Source of the DNA: Planctomycetota bacterium
Lineage (GTDB): Bacteria; Planctomycetota; J058; J103
Assembly (NCBI GenBank): GCA_026004615.1
Contig: BPJM01000005.1
Location: forward strand, 477 to 64,476
Reading direction: 5' to 3'
Length of the DNA: 64,000 nt
Shown: positions 22,065 to 33,385 of the stretch, one piece after another
Layout: each line of letters begins with the position of its first letter
Numbering within the stretch: the first letter of the stretch is position 1
The notes under the pieces: generated by a model
What the model was told of the DNA's origin: nothing
The model's input: the letters and a program-made list of their open reading frames with translations, nothing else
The model's database searches: none
Program-made: the position numbers and the translations under genes

Positions 22065-22754
22065 ATGGCAGGCCAGGGGTTCAGCAAGCGGCGGCGGCTG
22101 CTCGTGGACGTGGGGCTGCAGTTTCGCGCCCTCCTGTTCATGTTCCTCATCACGCTCGTGGTGGTGGCGTTCCACACCGGGCTGTCGTACTGGAGCCTGG
22201 CAGGCGAGCCGCCGATCCCCAGCGGGCGGGCGATCGCGCGCGTGCTGGCGATCGATGTCGCGGTGACCACGCTGTTCACGGCGCTCGTCATCGGGTTCAT
22301 GGGCCTGGCCGGCTCGCACAAGCTCGCAGGCCCGCTGTACCGGATCACCCAGGTGCTGAAGCAGGTGCAGCAGGGTGATCTGTCGGCGCGCATCCGGCTG
22401 CGCAAGGGCGACCTGCTGATGGACTTCGCCGGCGAGGTCAACCTGGCGCTCGCCCATCTGCGCGAGCAGGTGGCCGCCGACCGGATGCGGGCGCAGAGCG
22501 CCGCCCTGCTCATCGCCGAGGTGCGCGACAGCGTGCCCGTGCCCGAGATCCGCGAGCGCTTGCAGCGGGCGCTCGAGGAACTGGCGCACGTCACCGCCCG
22601 CCTGCAGCTCGAACCTGCAGGCGGGGCGCGCCGGCTGGAGCCGGTCGCGCCGCCGCCGCGGGGTGCGCTGCCGGCCGCCGCGCCAGGCTTCGAGCCCCGC
22701 CGGGGCGAGGGCGCCGCGGCGGCCGGGCCTTTCCCCGCTCCCCCCGAGCGCTAG
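22065..22754 (+). CDS. Two-TM HAMP-domain membrane protein
   Basis: KRRRLLVD..LQ, two TMs, then SHKLAGPLYRI...QGDLSARIRLRKGD...GEVN (HAMP). No output domain. Confidence 0.8.
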   Translation: MAGQGFSKRRRLLVDVGLQFRALLFMFLITLVVVAFHTGLSYWSLAGEPPIPSGRAIARVLAIDVAVTTLFTALVIGFMGLAGSHKLAGPLYRITQVLKQVQQGDLSARIRLRKGDLLMDFAGEVNLALAHLREQVAADRMRAQSAALLIAEVRDSVPVPEIRERLQRALEELAHVTARLQLEPAGGARRLEPVAPPPRGALPAAAPGFEPRRGEGAAAAGPFPAPPER

Positions 22755-22772
22755 CGGGCAGCGGCGTGCGGT

Positions 22773-22802
22773 TTGACCGGCCTGGCGGCCGTGGGCTAGA
22801 CT
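22773..22802 (+). promoter_or_regulatory. Putative sigma70 promoter TTGACC-N18-TAGACT
   Basis: Hexamers located upstream of the kinase start at 22954. Confidence 0.45.
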
Positions 22803-22953
22803 CGCATCGCCGCATGCCGCCATGAGGCCGGGCGCGGCTCCGTTCGGCGCAACGGGCCCGGTCGGACCGCGAGGTGGGCCGCAGCCGGAGGCGAGCGGCG
22901 GGCCGCACGCGCTCGCGGGCGCGCACGGGCGGGGCGGCGGGAAGGGGAGAGGG

Positions 22954-26296
<3,343 letters not shown>

Positions 26297-26528
26297 GCCG
26301 GCAGCACGCTGCCAGGGTCCGGGGGGGCGAGCGCTGCGCGCGATCCGCGAGCCCTGGCAGCGCGCGCCCCTGGCGGGCGGTGCCCTCGCGTGCCGCCGGT
26401 CCGGCTCCAGCGGCGGGGTCTGCCGTTCGCCGGAACCGCGCGGGCGCGCCGCCGGTCCAAATCCTCTGGACAGAAGATGCCGGCGCGGTGGGCGCCACCG
26501 CCGGCGTCCGGACGGGCGAGCCCGCGGT

Positions 26529-26558
26529 TTGACGGTGTCGAGGCGTCCGTGCTAGGAT
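26529..26558 (+). promoter_or_regulatory. Putative promoter TTGACG-N18-TAGGAT with extended -10 TG
   Basis: Located about 95 nt upstream of ATG 26654. Confidence 0.5.
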
Positions 26559-26653
26559 CCGAGCTGCGGCAGGGATTCGCGCAACCTGTTACATGGCTTG
26601 GGGTTCACGGCCTCCATGCCGAGGCGCAACCGCGGGGGGCAAGGAGAGGGCTC

Positions 26654-28108
26654 ATGGTCGCAGCGCGAAGGCTCGCCACGCTCGCCCTGGCCGGTCTGCT
26701 GGGGCTGGCGCTGGGCTGTCGGTCGAGCATGTCCTATTACAACGAGGGCGTCGCGGAGCTGGAGCGGCGCAACTACGAGGCCGCGATCGAGCTGTTCACC
26801 GAGGCGCTGGATGCCGACCCGCGCAGCCATCTGGCGCTGGTGAACCGGGGCTATGCGTATCTGGAGACCCAGCGGCTGCACCAGGCGCTGGAGGACTACG
26901 ACCGCGCGATCCGGCTGCTGGAAGACAGCAACACCCCCAATCCGTGGTTTTACAACCGGCGCGGCGAGGCGTACTACATGCTCGGCCGCTACGCCGAGGC
27001 GCTCGCCGACTGGCGGCGTGCGAAGGACCTGGAGGACCGGCGCGCGGCGAAGGGCATCAAGGTGCGCGTCTCGGCAGACTACCTCGCGATGCAGCAGCGG
27101 CGCGAGGAGCTGATGGTGGACGCCGAGCGCCAGGTGGCGCTCGCGCCCCCGCTCGCCACCGCGATCCCGACCACGCCGCCGGTGCTCGAACCGGCGAGCA
27201 CGCCGGCGGCGCAGCCCTCGCCCGCACCGGAGATCGCTGCTGAGGTCGCGCGCGAGGTGCCGAGCCCGGAACAGGAGCTGGCGCTCGCCGAAGCGCGGCT
27301 GGCGCACGAGGCGGCCCGCCTGGAGGCCGAGGCGCGCGCCGCGGCGGCCGCCGCCCCGCCTGCGCCGCCGGCGCCGACTGGGGCCGAGATCGAGGCGGCG
27401 CTGGCGGAGGCGCGCGCTCTGCACGGGGCGGCGCGCGCCCAGGCCGAGGCGCGGGCGGCGGCGGCGCAGCCTGCACCGCCGCCGGCCGGCCCCAGCGCGG
27501 AGGAGGTCGAGCGGGCGCTGGCAGAGGCTCGGCTCGTGCACGGGGCGGCGCGGGCCGAGGCCGAGGCGCGGGCGGCGGCGGCGCAGCCCGCACCGCCGCC
27601 GGCCGGCCCCAGCGCGGAGGAGGTCGAGCGGGCGCTGGCAGAGGCTCGGCTCGTGCACGAGGCGGCGCGGGCCGAGGCCGAGGCGCGGGCGGCGCTCGCC
27701 GCGGCGCCTGCGGCTGCTGTCCCTGCGCCCGGCGAGGCCCAGCCTGCGGCGGCCGCGCCGCGCCCGCGCCCCATCGCGGATCTGAGCGGTACCTGGGTCC
27801 GGGATGACGAGTACACCTTCACCCTGCTCGATGACGGGCGCCGGGTCGTGGGCGAGATCGTCGGGACCGAGGATTTCTCGTTCTACGAGGTCACGCTGGA
27901 GTGGACGTCGGATCGCACCCTGACGGGCTACGCGGTGCTCAAGGAAAATCTCTCGCCGTGCAAGTTCGAGACCTCCATCGCCTGGTCCGTCGACGTGGTC
28001 GACGAGGGCACGCTCGCCGCGCGGACCGAGGAGGTCGGCTGGGACGCGGAGTGCCACGAGACCGAACGCACCTGGGGGCGCCACACGTTCACGCGGTTGC
28101 CCCGCTGA
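26654..28108 (+). CDS. TPR-containing lipoprotein with Ala/Pro-rich repeats and a C-terminal beta-rich domain
   Basis: Lipobox ALGC; three TPRs (YYNEG...AIELFTEAL, LVNRGYAY...ALEDYDRAI, FYNRRGEAY...ALADW); AAGGAG RBS. Confidence 0.85.
   Translation: MVAARRLATLALAGLLGLALGCRSSMSYYNEGVAELERRNYEAAIELFTEALDADPRSHLALVNRGYAYLETQRLHQALEDYDRAIRLLEDSNTPNPWFYNRRGEAYYMLGRYAEALADWRRAKDLEDRRAAKGIKVRVSADYLAMQQRREELMVDAERQVALAPPLATAIPTTPPVLEPASTPAAQPSPAPEIAAEVAREVPSPEQELALAEARLAHEAARLEAEARAAAAAAPPAPPAPTGAEIEAALAEARALHGAARAQAEARAAAAQPAPPPAGPSAEEVERALAEARLVHGAARAEAEARAAAAQPAPPPAGPSAEEVERALAEARLVHEAARAEAEARAALAAAPAAAVPAPGEAQPAAAAPRPRPIADLSGTWVRDDEYTFTLLDDGRRVVGEIVGTEDFSFYEVTLEWTSDRTLTGYAVLKENLSPCKFETSIAWSVDVVDEGTLAARTEEVGWDAECHETERTWGRHTFTRLPR
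27260..27695 (+). repeat. Intragenic 117-bp (39-aa) tandem repeat: two near-identical copies plus two degenerate copies
   Basis: gcacggggcg recurs at 27421 and 27538. Unit PAPPPAGPSAEEVERALAEARLVH(G/E)AARAEAEARAAAAQ. Outer bounds are approximate. Confidence 0.9.
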
Positions 28109-28179
28109 GCGGTAGGTGGGGCGGGAGACAACGTTGCTCGCCGCCTGGCGGCGGGCGCAGAGGTGAGGTGGACGGGAGC

Positions 28180-30621
28180 ATGGTCGGCTCGTTGCGAGGG
28201 GAGCACAAGGGCAGGCGGCGCGCGGGAGGCGTTCTGGCTGCGGCGCTGCTGGGTGTGGCACTCGCCGGCGGTTGCTCGACGCTCGGGCCCGCCCCGGACA
28301 ACGAGGCCATCCTCGCGGAGCTGCAGGACCTCAAGCGCGAGAGCCCCTTGCCGCAGGCGATCGCGGTCGCGCCGGTCCAGGTGGACCTGGTCTATGCCCG
28401 CGAGGCGGAGGAGGGTGAGGGCGAGCAGGCCGCATCCGAGGAGGGTGCGCCGCCTGCTGGCGGTGCCGGCGCCGAGCAACCGGCAGGGCAGCCGGGCGGG
28501 CCCCAGACCGGCATGGCGCCCCTGCCGGCCGGCGCCTCCCTCGCTGCGACCGACCTCCCTCGGCTGGCCACCCGGCTGGGGATCGAGGTCCGCTACCGCC
28601 GCCCGCTGTTCCGCGAACTGCTCTTCTCCCCGCGCGATCCCCTCGAGGGGGGGCCGGTCGAGCAGCCCGGCACCGAGGATGCGGGCGCCGGCGGGCAGCC
28701 GGGTGTGCTGTACGTCTGCCCGCGCTGCCAGAACGAGGTCTCGGCGACGATCGCGCGCTGTCCGTGGTGCGGTCTCGCCTTCGCTCCCGAGCTCCCGCCG
28801 GGTGAGCCCGCATCCGCGCCGCCGCAAGCGGTGGCGGAGCAGGCGCCACCCGCCGCGACGCCTGCGCCCGCGGGCGAGGCGGTGGCGGCGCGCGCGGAGG
28901 TCGACCGCTACATCTGCTACTTCTGCGAGAGTCCGATCGAGCCCACGGCGCTGGTCTGTCCGAACTGCGGCGTCGAACTGCAGCCCGTGCCCGGCCTGCA
29001 GGGCGAGCTGGCGCGGGAGGAGCAAGGGCCACCCGGCAAGGAGGAGCGCATCGGTCGCCTGACCGTCGGGGCGTTGAAACGGCTGGCACAGTCGCGGGCC
29101 GCCTTCGGCGTGGATCCGGTGGAGGTGCAGCGCGACCTCGCGCAGCTGGTCGAGGGGCTGGGCCTGTTCAGCGAGGTGACGGTGATCAGCGAGCAGACGC
29201 TCGTCGGCAAGACCGATGCGCTGCTCGACTGGGCGGCGGGCAACTACATCGACTATCTCATGATCCCGAGGCTTCGCCGCAACGAGATCCAGTTCGTGAA
29301 GACGAACGCCTCGTGGTGGGGCGGGCTGGCGCTCTGGGTGGCCGCCTGGGTGCCCTCGTTCTGGGTGGCAGGCGAGGACTACCAGGCGGATGTGGAGCTG
29401 GAGCTGGAGGTGTGGAGCGTCCGCGCCCGCAAGCCGATGCCGCAGTGGAATCCGACGGTCAGGGGCCGGGCGGTCGCGAGTGCGGATCAGCTCGACCGGC
29501 GCCTCAATCTGTTCCCGTGGCTCGGCTGGGACTTCATCGGGGTGCCCGCGGGTTTCGCCAACCTGACCGATGGCGGCTGGCTCAATCTCAACCGCTGGAT
29601 GACGCCCAACGCCTTCGCCGACATGAAGCGCAACCTGCTCAAGCAGCTGCACGAGTACTTCGCGGTGGCGGGCGCCTATCCGCCGCCGCCGGTCGACGTA
29701 CAGGAGGTGGCGCTGCTGGTCGGCGTCCACGAGGTGCGGCGCTCGCCCGGGGTGGGGGTGCAGCGCCAGCTGCAGTTCGCGATCAACGACCTCGAGGCGA
29801 TGAAGCTCTGCTTCACCCAGGTGACCGGCTGGGACCCCGGAGCAGCAGGCGCAGCGGGGCGCGCCGGGCGGCGCAGCCGCACCGTCGCGCTTCTTCCGGG
29901 CGCGGAGAACCCCGAGCTGCAGGCGACGACGCAGAACCTCCGCAACTGGCTCAACGTCGACCTGCAGCGGCTCGGCCCGAACGACACGTTCGTCTTCTAT
30001 TTCGCGGGCTATGGCGCCGCTCTGCCGGCACCTCCCGGTCAGCAACCATCCTGGGCGGACGGCTACGAGCGCTACCTGATCACGCACGACACCGACCCGA
30101 GCCGCATCCCGGAGACCGCGTTGAACGTCGTCGAGCTGATGAATGCGATCCGCAACTGCGCAGCGCGGCGCGTGCTGATCGTGCTGGATTGCTCGTTTGC
30201 CAAGGTGCCGGAGGATCAGTCCATCGGTTCCGGCCGCACCTGGCCGACGGGCATCGCCGAGGAGCAACTCGCCAATCTCAACGACGAGTTCCTCATCGAG
30301 CTGGCCAGGCGCACCGCACCGAAGAAGTGCGTGGTGTTCGCGGCCGCGGACATCCGGCACCCGGCATACGAGAGCCAGTTCACCCGGCCGCCCAACCACG
30401 GGCTGTTGACCGCGGCCTTCCTGGAGGGCGTGGCCGAGGGCCGGGCGGATGTCGAGGTGGGCGACGGCAACGGGGCGGTGACGCTGTTCGAGCTGGAGAA
30501 GTTCATCAGCTCGCGCTATCGGGCCTTCCAGGCGGCCTCCGGCGTGGCGGTGCGCTTCGTCTCCGGCGGCGATCTCGGCGACATGGAGATCGTGCTGCGC
30601 CCCAAGCCGGCGGAGCAGTGA
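28180..30621 (+). CDS. Lipoprotein with two zinc ribbons and a C-terminal caspase-like (peptidase C14) domain lacking the catalytic dyad
   Basis: Lipobox AGGC; CPRC..CPWC and CYFC..CPNC; ALLVGV, LQFAINDL, ATTQNL, FYFAGYG, VLIVLDCSF, HGLLTAAFLEG...GAVTLFEL. Confidence 0.82.
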   Translation: MVGSLRGEHKGRRRAGGVLAAALLGVALAGGCSTLGPAPDNEAILAELQDLKRESPLPQAIAVAPVQVDLVYAREAEEGEGEQAASEEGAPPAGGAGAEQPAGQPGGPQTGMAPLPAGASLAATDLPRLATRLGIEVRYRRPLFRELLFSPRDPLEGGPVEQPGTEDAGAGGQPGVLYVCPRCQNEVSATIARCPWCGLAFAPELPPGEPASAPPQAVAEQAPPAATPAPAGEAVAARAEVDRYICYFCESPIEPTALVCPNCGVELQPVPGLQGELAREEQGPPGKEERIGRLTVGALKRLAQSRAAFGVDPVEVQRDLAQLVEGLGLFSEVTVISEQTLVGKTDALLDWAAGNYIDYLMIPRLRRNEIQFVKTNASWWGGLALWVAAWVPSFWVAGEDYQADVELELEVWSVRARKPMPQWNPTVRGRAVASADQLDRRLNLFPWLGWDFIGVPAGFANLTDGGWLNLNRWMTPNAFADMKRNLLKQLHEYFAVAGAYPPPPVDVQEVALLVGVHEVRRSPGVGVQRQLQFAINDLEAMKLCFTQVTGWDPGAAGAAGRAGRRSRTVALLPGAENPELQATTQNLRNWLNVDLQRLGPNDTFVFYFAGYGAALPAPPGQQPSWADGYERYLITHDTDPSRIPETALNVVELMNAIRNCAARRVLIVLDCSFAKVPEDQSIGSGRTWPTGIAEEQLANLNDEFLIELARRTAPKKCVVFAAADIRHPAYESQFTRPPNHGLLTAAFLEGVAEGRADVEVGDGNGAVTLFELEKFISSRYRAFQAASGVAVRFVSGGDLGDMEIVLRPKPAEQ

Positions 30622-30699
30622 GCAGCGCGGGCGCAGCGGGACGCCCTGGCGCCTGGGGGCAGGCCGCAGCGGCGGAACCCGGCCGCGGTCGGGCCCGAC

Positions 30700-31578
30700 C
30701 TAGCGCAGCTCGATCACGCAGCGCAGCCCGTGCCACAGGTGCCGACTGGCGGGGGGCCAGCCGAGCCGCCCGCTGGTCGTGAGGACATCCCAGCAGGCAA
30801 AGGAGGTCGCATAGCCGCCGCCGCGGTCGGAGCGCTGCCGCAGGTCCAGTCCCAGGCGCGCGCGCAGTGCATCGTCCAGGCAGGGATCGACGTCCAGTCC
30901 GGCCTGGACGCACCAGCGGTAGAAGCCTTCCCAGTACCAGTCGCGGCACCAGTTGTTGACGTTGCCCGCCATGTCGGTCAGGCCGTAGGGGCTGCGGCCC
31001 TCGGGGTAGCGGCCGAGCTCGGAGGTCCGGCCGAGCCGCCCGTCGAAGTTGCACAGCTGCGATCGCGGCAGCGCCTCGCCCCAGGGAAAGCGCCGGCGGT
31101 CGGTGCCGCGCGCCGCTTTCTCCCACTGCGCCTCCGTGGGTAGCTGCTTGCCGGCCCAGCGGGCATACGCGTCCGCCTCGTACCAGGAGAGCCCCGCGGC
31201 CGGCTGCCGCTCGCCGTCGAACCCCACGGTGAGGAAGCTCAGCGGGCGGGTCACGCCGGTGGCGCTCCGCCACGCCCAGCCGTCCTCGCGCCACAGCTCG
31301 GGTCGCGTATAGCCGCCGTCGGCGATGAACTGGGCGAACTGGGCGTTGGAGACCGGGTCCCGATCGATCAGGTAGGCGCTCAGCCACACCACACGCCCGG
31401 GCAGCTCGTCCTCGGGGGCGAACAGATCGCCGGGCTCACGGCCGATGAAGACCTCGCCGGCAGGCACCAGCACCATGACCGCGCCGTCGCGCGGCGCGCG
31501 CCAGCACCCCCCGGCGCGCGCGATCTCGCGCGCGTCCGGCGCGGTGCCCGGTGTGCCTTCCCCGAGCTGCCCGCGCAT
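30700..31578 (-). CDS. FGE-sulfatase (SUMF1/EgtB/PvdO family) domain protein
   Basis: MVLVPAGE, IDRDPVSNAQF, LPTEAQWEKAARG, SPYGLTDMAGNVNNW, RGGG, GLRC. Confidence 0.9.
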   Translation of the reverse strand: MRGQLGEGTPGTAPDAREIARAGGCWRAPRDGAVMVLVPAGEVFIGREPGDLFAPEDELPGRVVWLSAYLIDRDPVSNAQFAQFIADGGYTRPELWREDGWAWRSATGVTRPLSFLTVGFDGERQPAAGLSWYEADAYARWAGKQLPTEAQWEKAARGTDRRRFPWGEALPRSQLCNFDGRLGRTSELGRYPEGRSPYGLTDMAGNVNNWCRDWYWEGFYRWCVQAGLDVDPCLDDALRARLGLDLRQRSDRGGGYATSFACWDVLTTSGRLGWPPASRHLWHGLRCVIELR

Positions 31579-31583
31579 CGCGG

Positions 31584-32015
31584 TTACCTCCCCTCGGGGT
31601 GCTCGCCGCCCGGTGACGAGGTGGCACCGGCCGCCCGGGTCCGCCGCCCGATTGCCGCCTGCAGGCGCGCTGCGATCTCCATGATGGTGTGGGTGCCCTT
31701 GACGATGACCTCGTGTGCGCCAAGCGCGAGGGCGCGCTCCACGTTGCCCCGGATGGGGTGCGAGGTGTAGACCAGCACCGGCGGCGCGTCCGGTCGGCCG
31801 CGCAGGTGCTCCAGCACGCCGAATCCGTCGATCACCGGCATGGCGAGGTCGAGCAGCACCGCATCGATCGGCTCGCGCTCCAGCGCCTCGATCGCAGCCT
31901 GCCCGTCGGTGACCTCGATCACCCGATAGCCGCGGCGCTCCAGGATGAGGGCGAGCGGCCGCCGGACGATCGACAGATCCTCGGCTACCAGCACGCTCGG
32001 CCGCGGTCCGCTCAT
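31584..32015 (-). CDS. Single-domain response regulator (CheY-like)
   Basis: VLVAED, VLLDLAMPVIDG, VYTS, VIVK. Confidence 0.9.
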   Translation of the reverse strand: MSGPRPSVLVAEDLSIVRRPLALILERRGYRVIEVTDGQAAIEALEREPIDAVLLDLAMPVIDGFGVLEHLRGRPDAPPVLVYTSHPIRGNVERALALGAHEVIVKGTHTIMEIAARLQAAIGRRTRAAGATSSPGGEHPEGR

Positions 32016-33175
32016 GCACCGGCCGCTCCGGAAATGGCTGCCGCCTGGCGCGACGGCAGGGCGATCACGACGCGACAGGCCTCGGGGCTGGCCTGCAGCC
32101 GCAGCGTGCCGCCCAGCGCGGCCGCCGCGGCGCGCGCGAAACTCAGCTCCAGCTCATCGTTGAGCGCGACGCCGGCGGCCCGGAGCGCGCGCCGCGCCGC
32201 CGGATCCAGCAGCGCGCGCTCCAGGGTCGCCGAGCCGCCGGGCATGCCGGGCAGCGGCCCCAGCTCCAGCTGCACACCGCCGGCCTCGCTGCGCTCGACC
32301 GCGAGGACCGGCGGCGCCTGCGCGGCGCTGCCGGCGGCCGCCGCGTTCGCCCCCGCCCGCAGCAGGCACTCGCAGAGCCGGACGGCGAGCGCGCGGTCGG
32401 CTGCCAGCACCGCCGCCTCCAGGCCGGGCGCCACCCTGACCGGTACCGCCCCGGGGGCTGCCGGCCCGCGCTCCGCCGGCCCATCGGCGGCCTGCAGTCG
32501 TGCCACCGCCTGCCGCAATACCTCGGCGAGCGGCACCGGCTCGGGTCGATGGTACAGCTCGTCGCGCTCGAGCAGTTCCAGATCGTCCAGGTTCTCGACC
32601 AGGCGGTGCAACCGCGCTCCCTCTCGGCGCGCAAGCGCCACCAGCTCGCGTTGGGGCGGCGTCAGCGCGCCCGCCAGGCCCTGCTCCAGGGCCTCGAGGT
32701 TGCGGTGCAGCGCGCCGAGCGGGGTGCGCAGGTCCTCCGCCAGCATGTGGCGGAGCGTGGCGCGGCCAAGCGCAAGCTCGACCAGGCGCATGGCGTTGCG
32801 CAGCCGGCGCGTCAGTTCCGGCAGATCGAATGGCTTGGCCACATAGTCCATGGCGCCGTAGCGCAGCGCCTCGCGCGCGCTGTCCAGCTCTCCGTACGCG
32901 GTGACGATCACGAAGGCCGGTATCTCGCCGCTGGCGCGCTGCCGTACCGCGCGCAGCAGCTCCACGCCGCTCATCCCGGGCATCTTGAGATCGGACACCA
33001 CCAGTGCCGGCAGCGCCTTGTCCATCCGCGCCAGCGCCGGCTCCGCCGCCTCGAACGCCTCCACGCGCCATCCCTGGCGTTTGAGCTGGCGCATCAGGAC
33101 CTCGCGGATCACCGGCTCGTCGTCGACGACGAACACCAGGTCCCGCTCGACCAGTTGCAGCAGTCCGGGCTCCAT
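32012..33175 (-). CDS. Receiver domain fused to a degenerate HisKA/HATPase (pseudo-kinase)
   Basis: REC is intact (VVDDE, SDLKMP, TAYG, KPF). H-box reads MLAEDLRTPL and no N/G boxes are recognisable. Confidence 0.82.
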   Translation of the reverse strand: MEPGLLQLVERDLVFVVDDEPVIREVLMRQLKRQGWRVEAFEAAEPALARMDKALPALVVSDLKMPGMSGVELLRAVRQRASGEIPAFVIVTAYGELDSAREALRYGAMDYVAKPFDLPELTRRLRNAMRLVELALGRATLRHMLAEDLRTPLGALHRNLEALEQGLAGALTPPQRELVALARREGARLHRLVENLDDLELLERDELYHRPEPVPLAEVLRQAVARLQAADGPAERGPAAPGAVPVRVAPGLEAAVLAADRALAVRLCECLLRAGANAAAAGSAAQAPPVLAVERSEAGGVQLELGPLPGMPGGSATLERALLDPAARRALRAAGVALNDELELSFARAAAAALGGTLRLQASPEACRVVIALPSRQAAAISGAAGA

Positions 33176-33385
33176 GGGGCTCCGTTCTCCGCCGCCTCTG
33201 CCGCGGTGTTTCGCCAGGCAGCAGCGCCGTCCCGAATCATACGACACGCTCGGGCGCACCGCCGGGTCGGGGAGGGGGGCGACTGGGTGTCCGGCCAGTG
33301 CCGGCCCACGGCCCTCCAGCCTGCAGGAAGCGCCTGCACGGCTGCGCTGCCGCAGGTGCTCGGCCAGTCGCCGGCGCGCGGGGGA

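Noticed and set aside
26307..26362. Inverted repeat CGCTGCCAGGG...CCCTGGCAGCG after the kinase gene as an intrinsic terminator
   Set aside because: The loop is over 30 nt and there is no U-tract; such stems arise easily by chance at this GC content.
27260..27695. Tandem repeat as a CRISPR array
   Set aside because: The units are in-frame 117-bp coding repeats with no unique spacers, and there are no cas genes.
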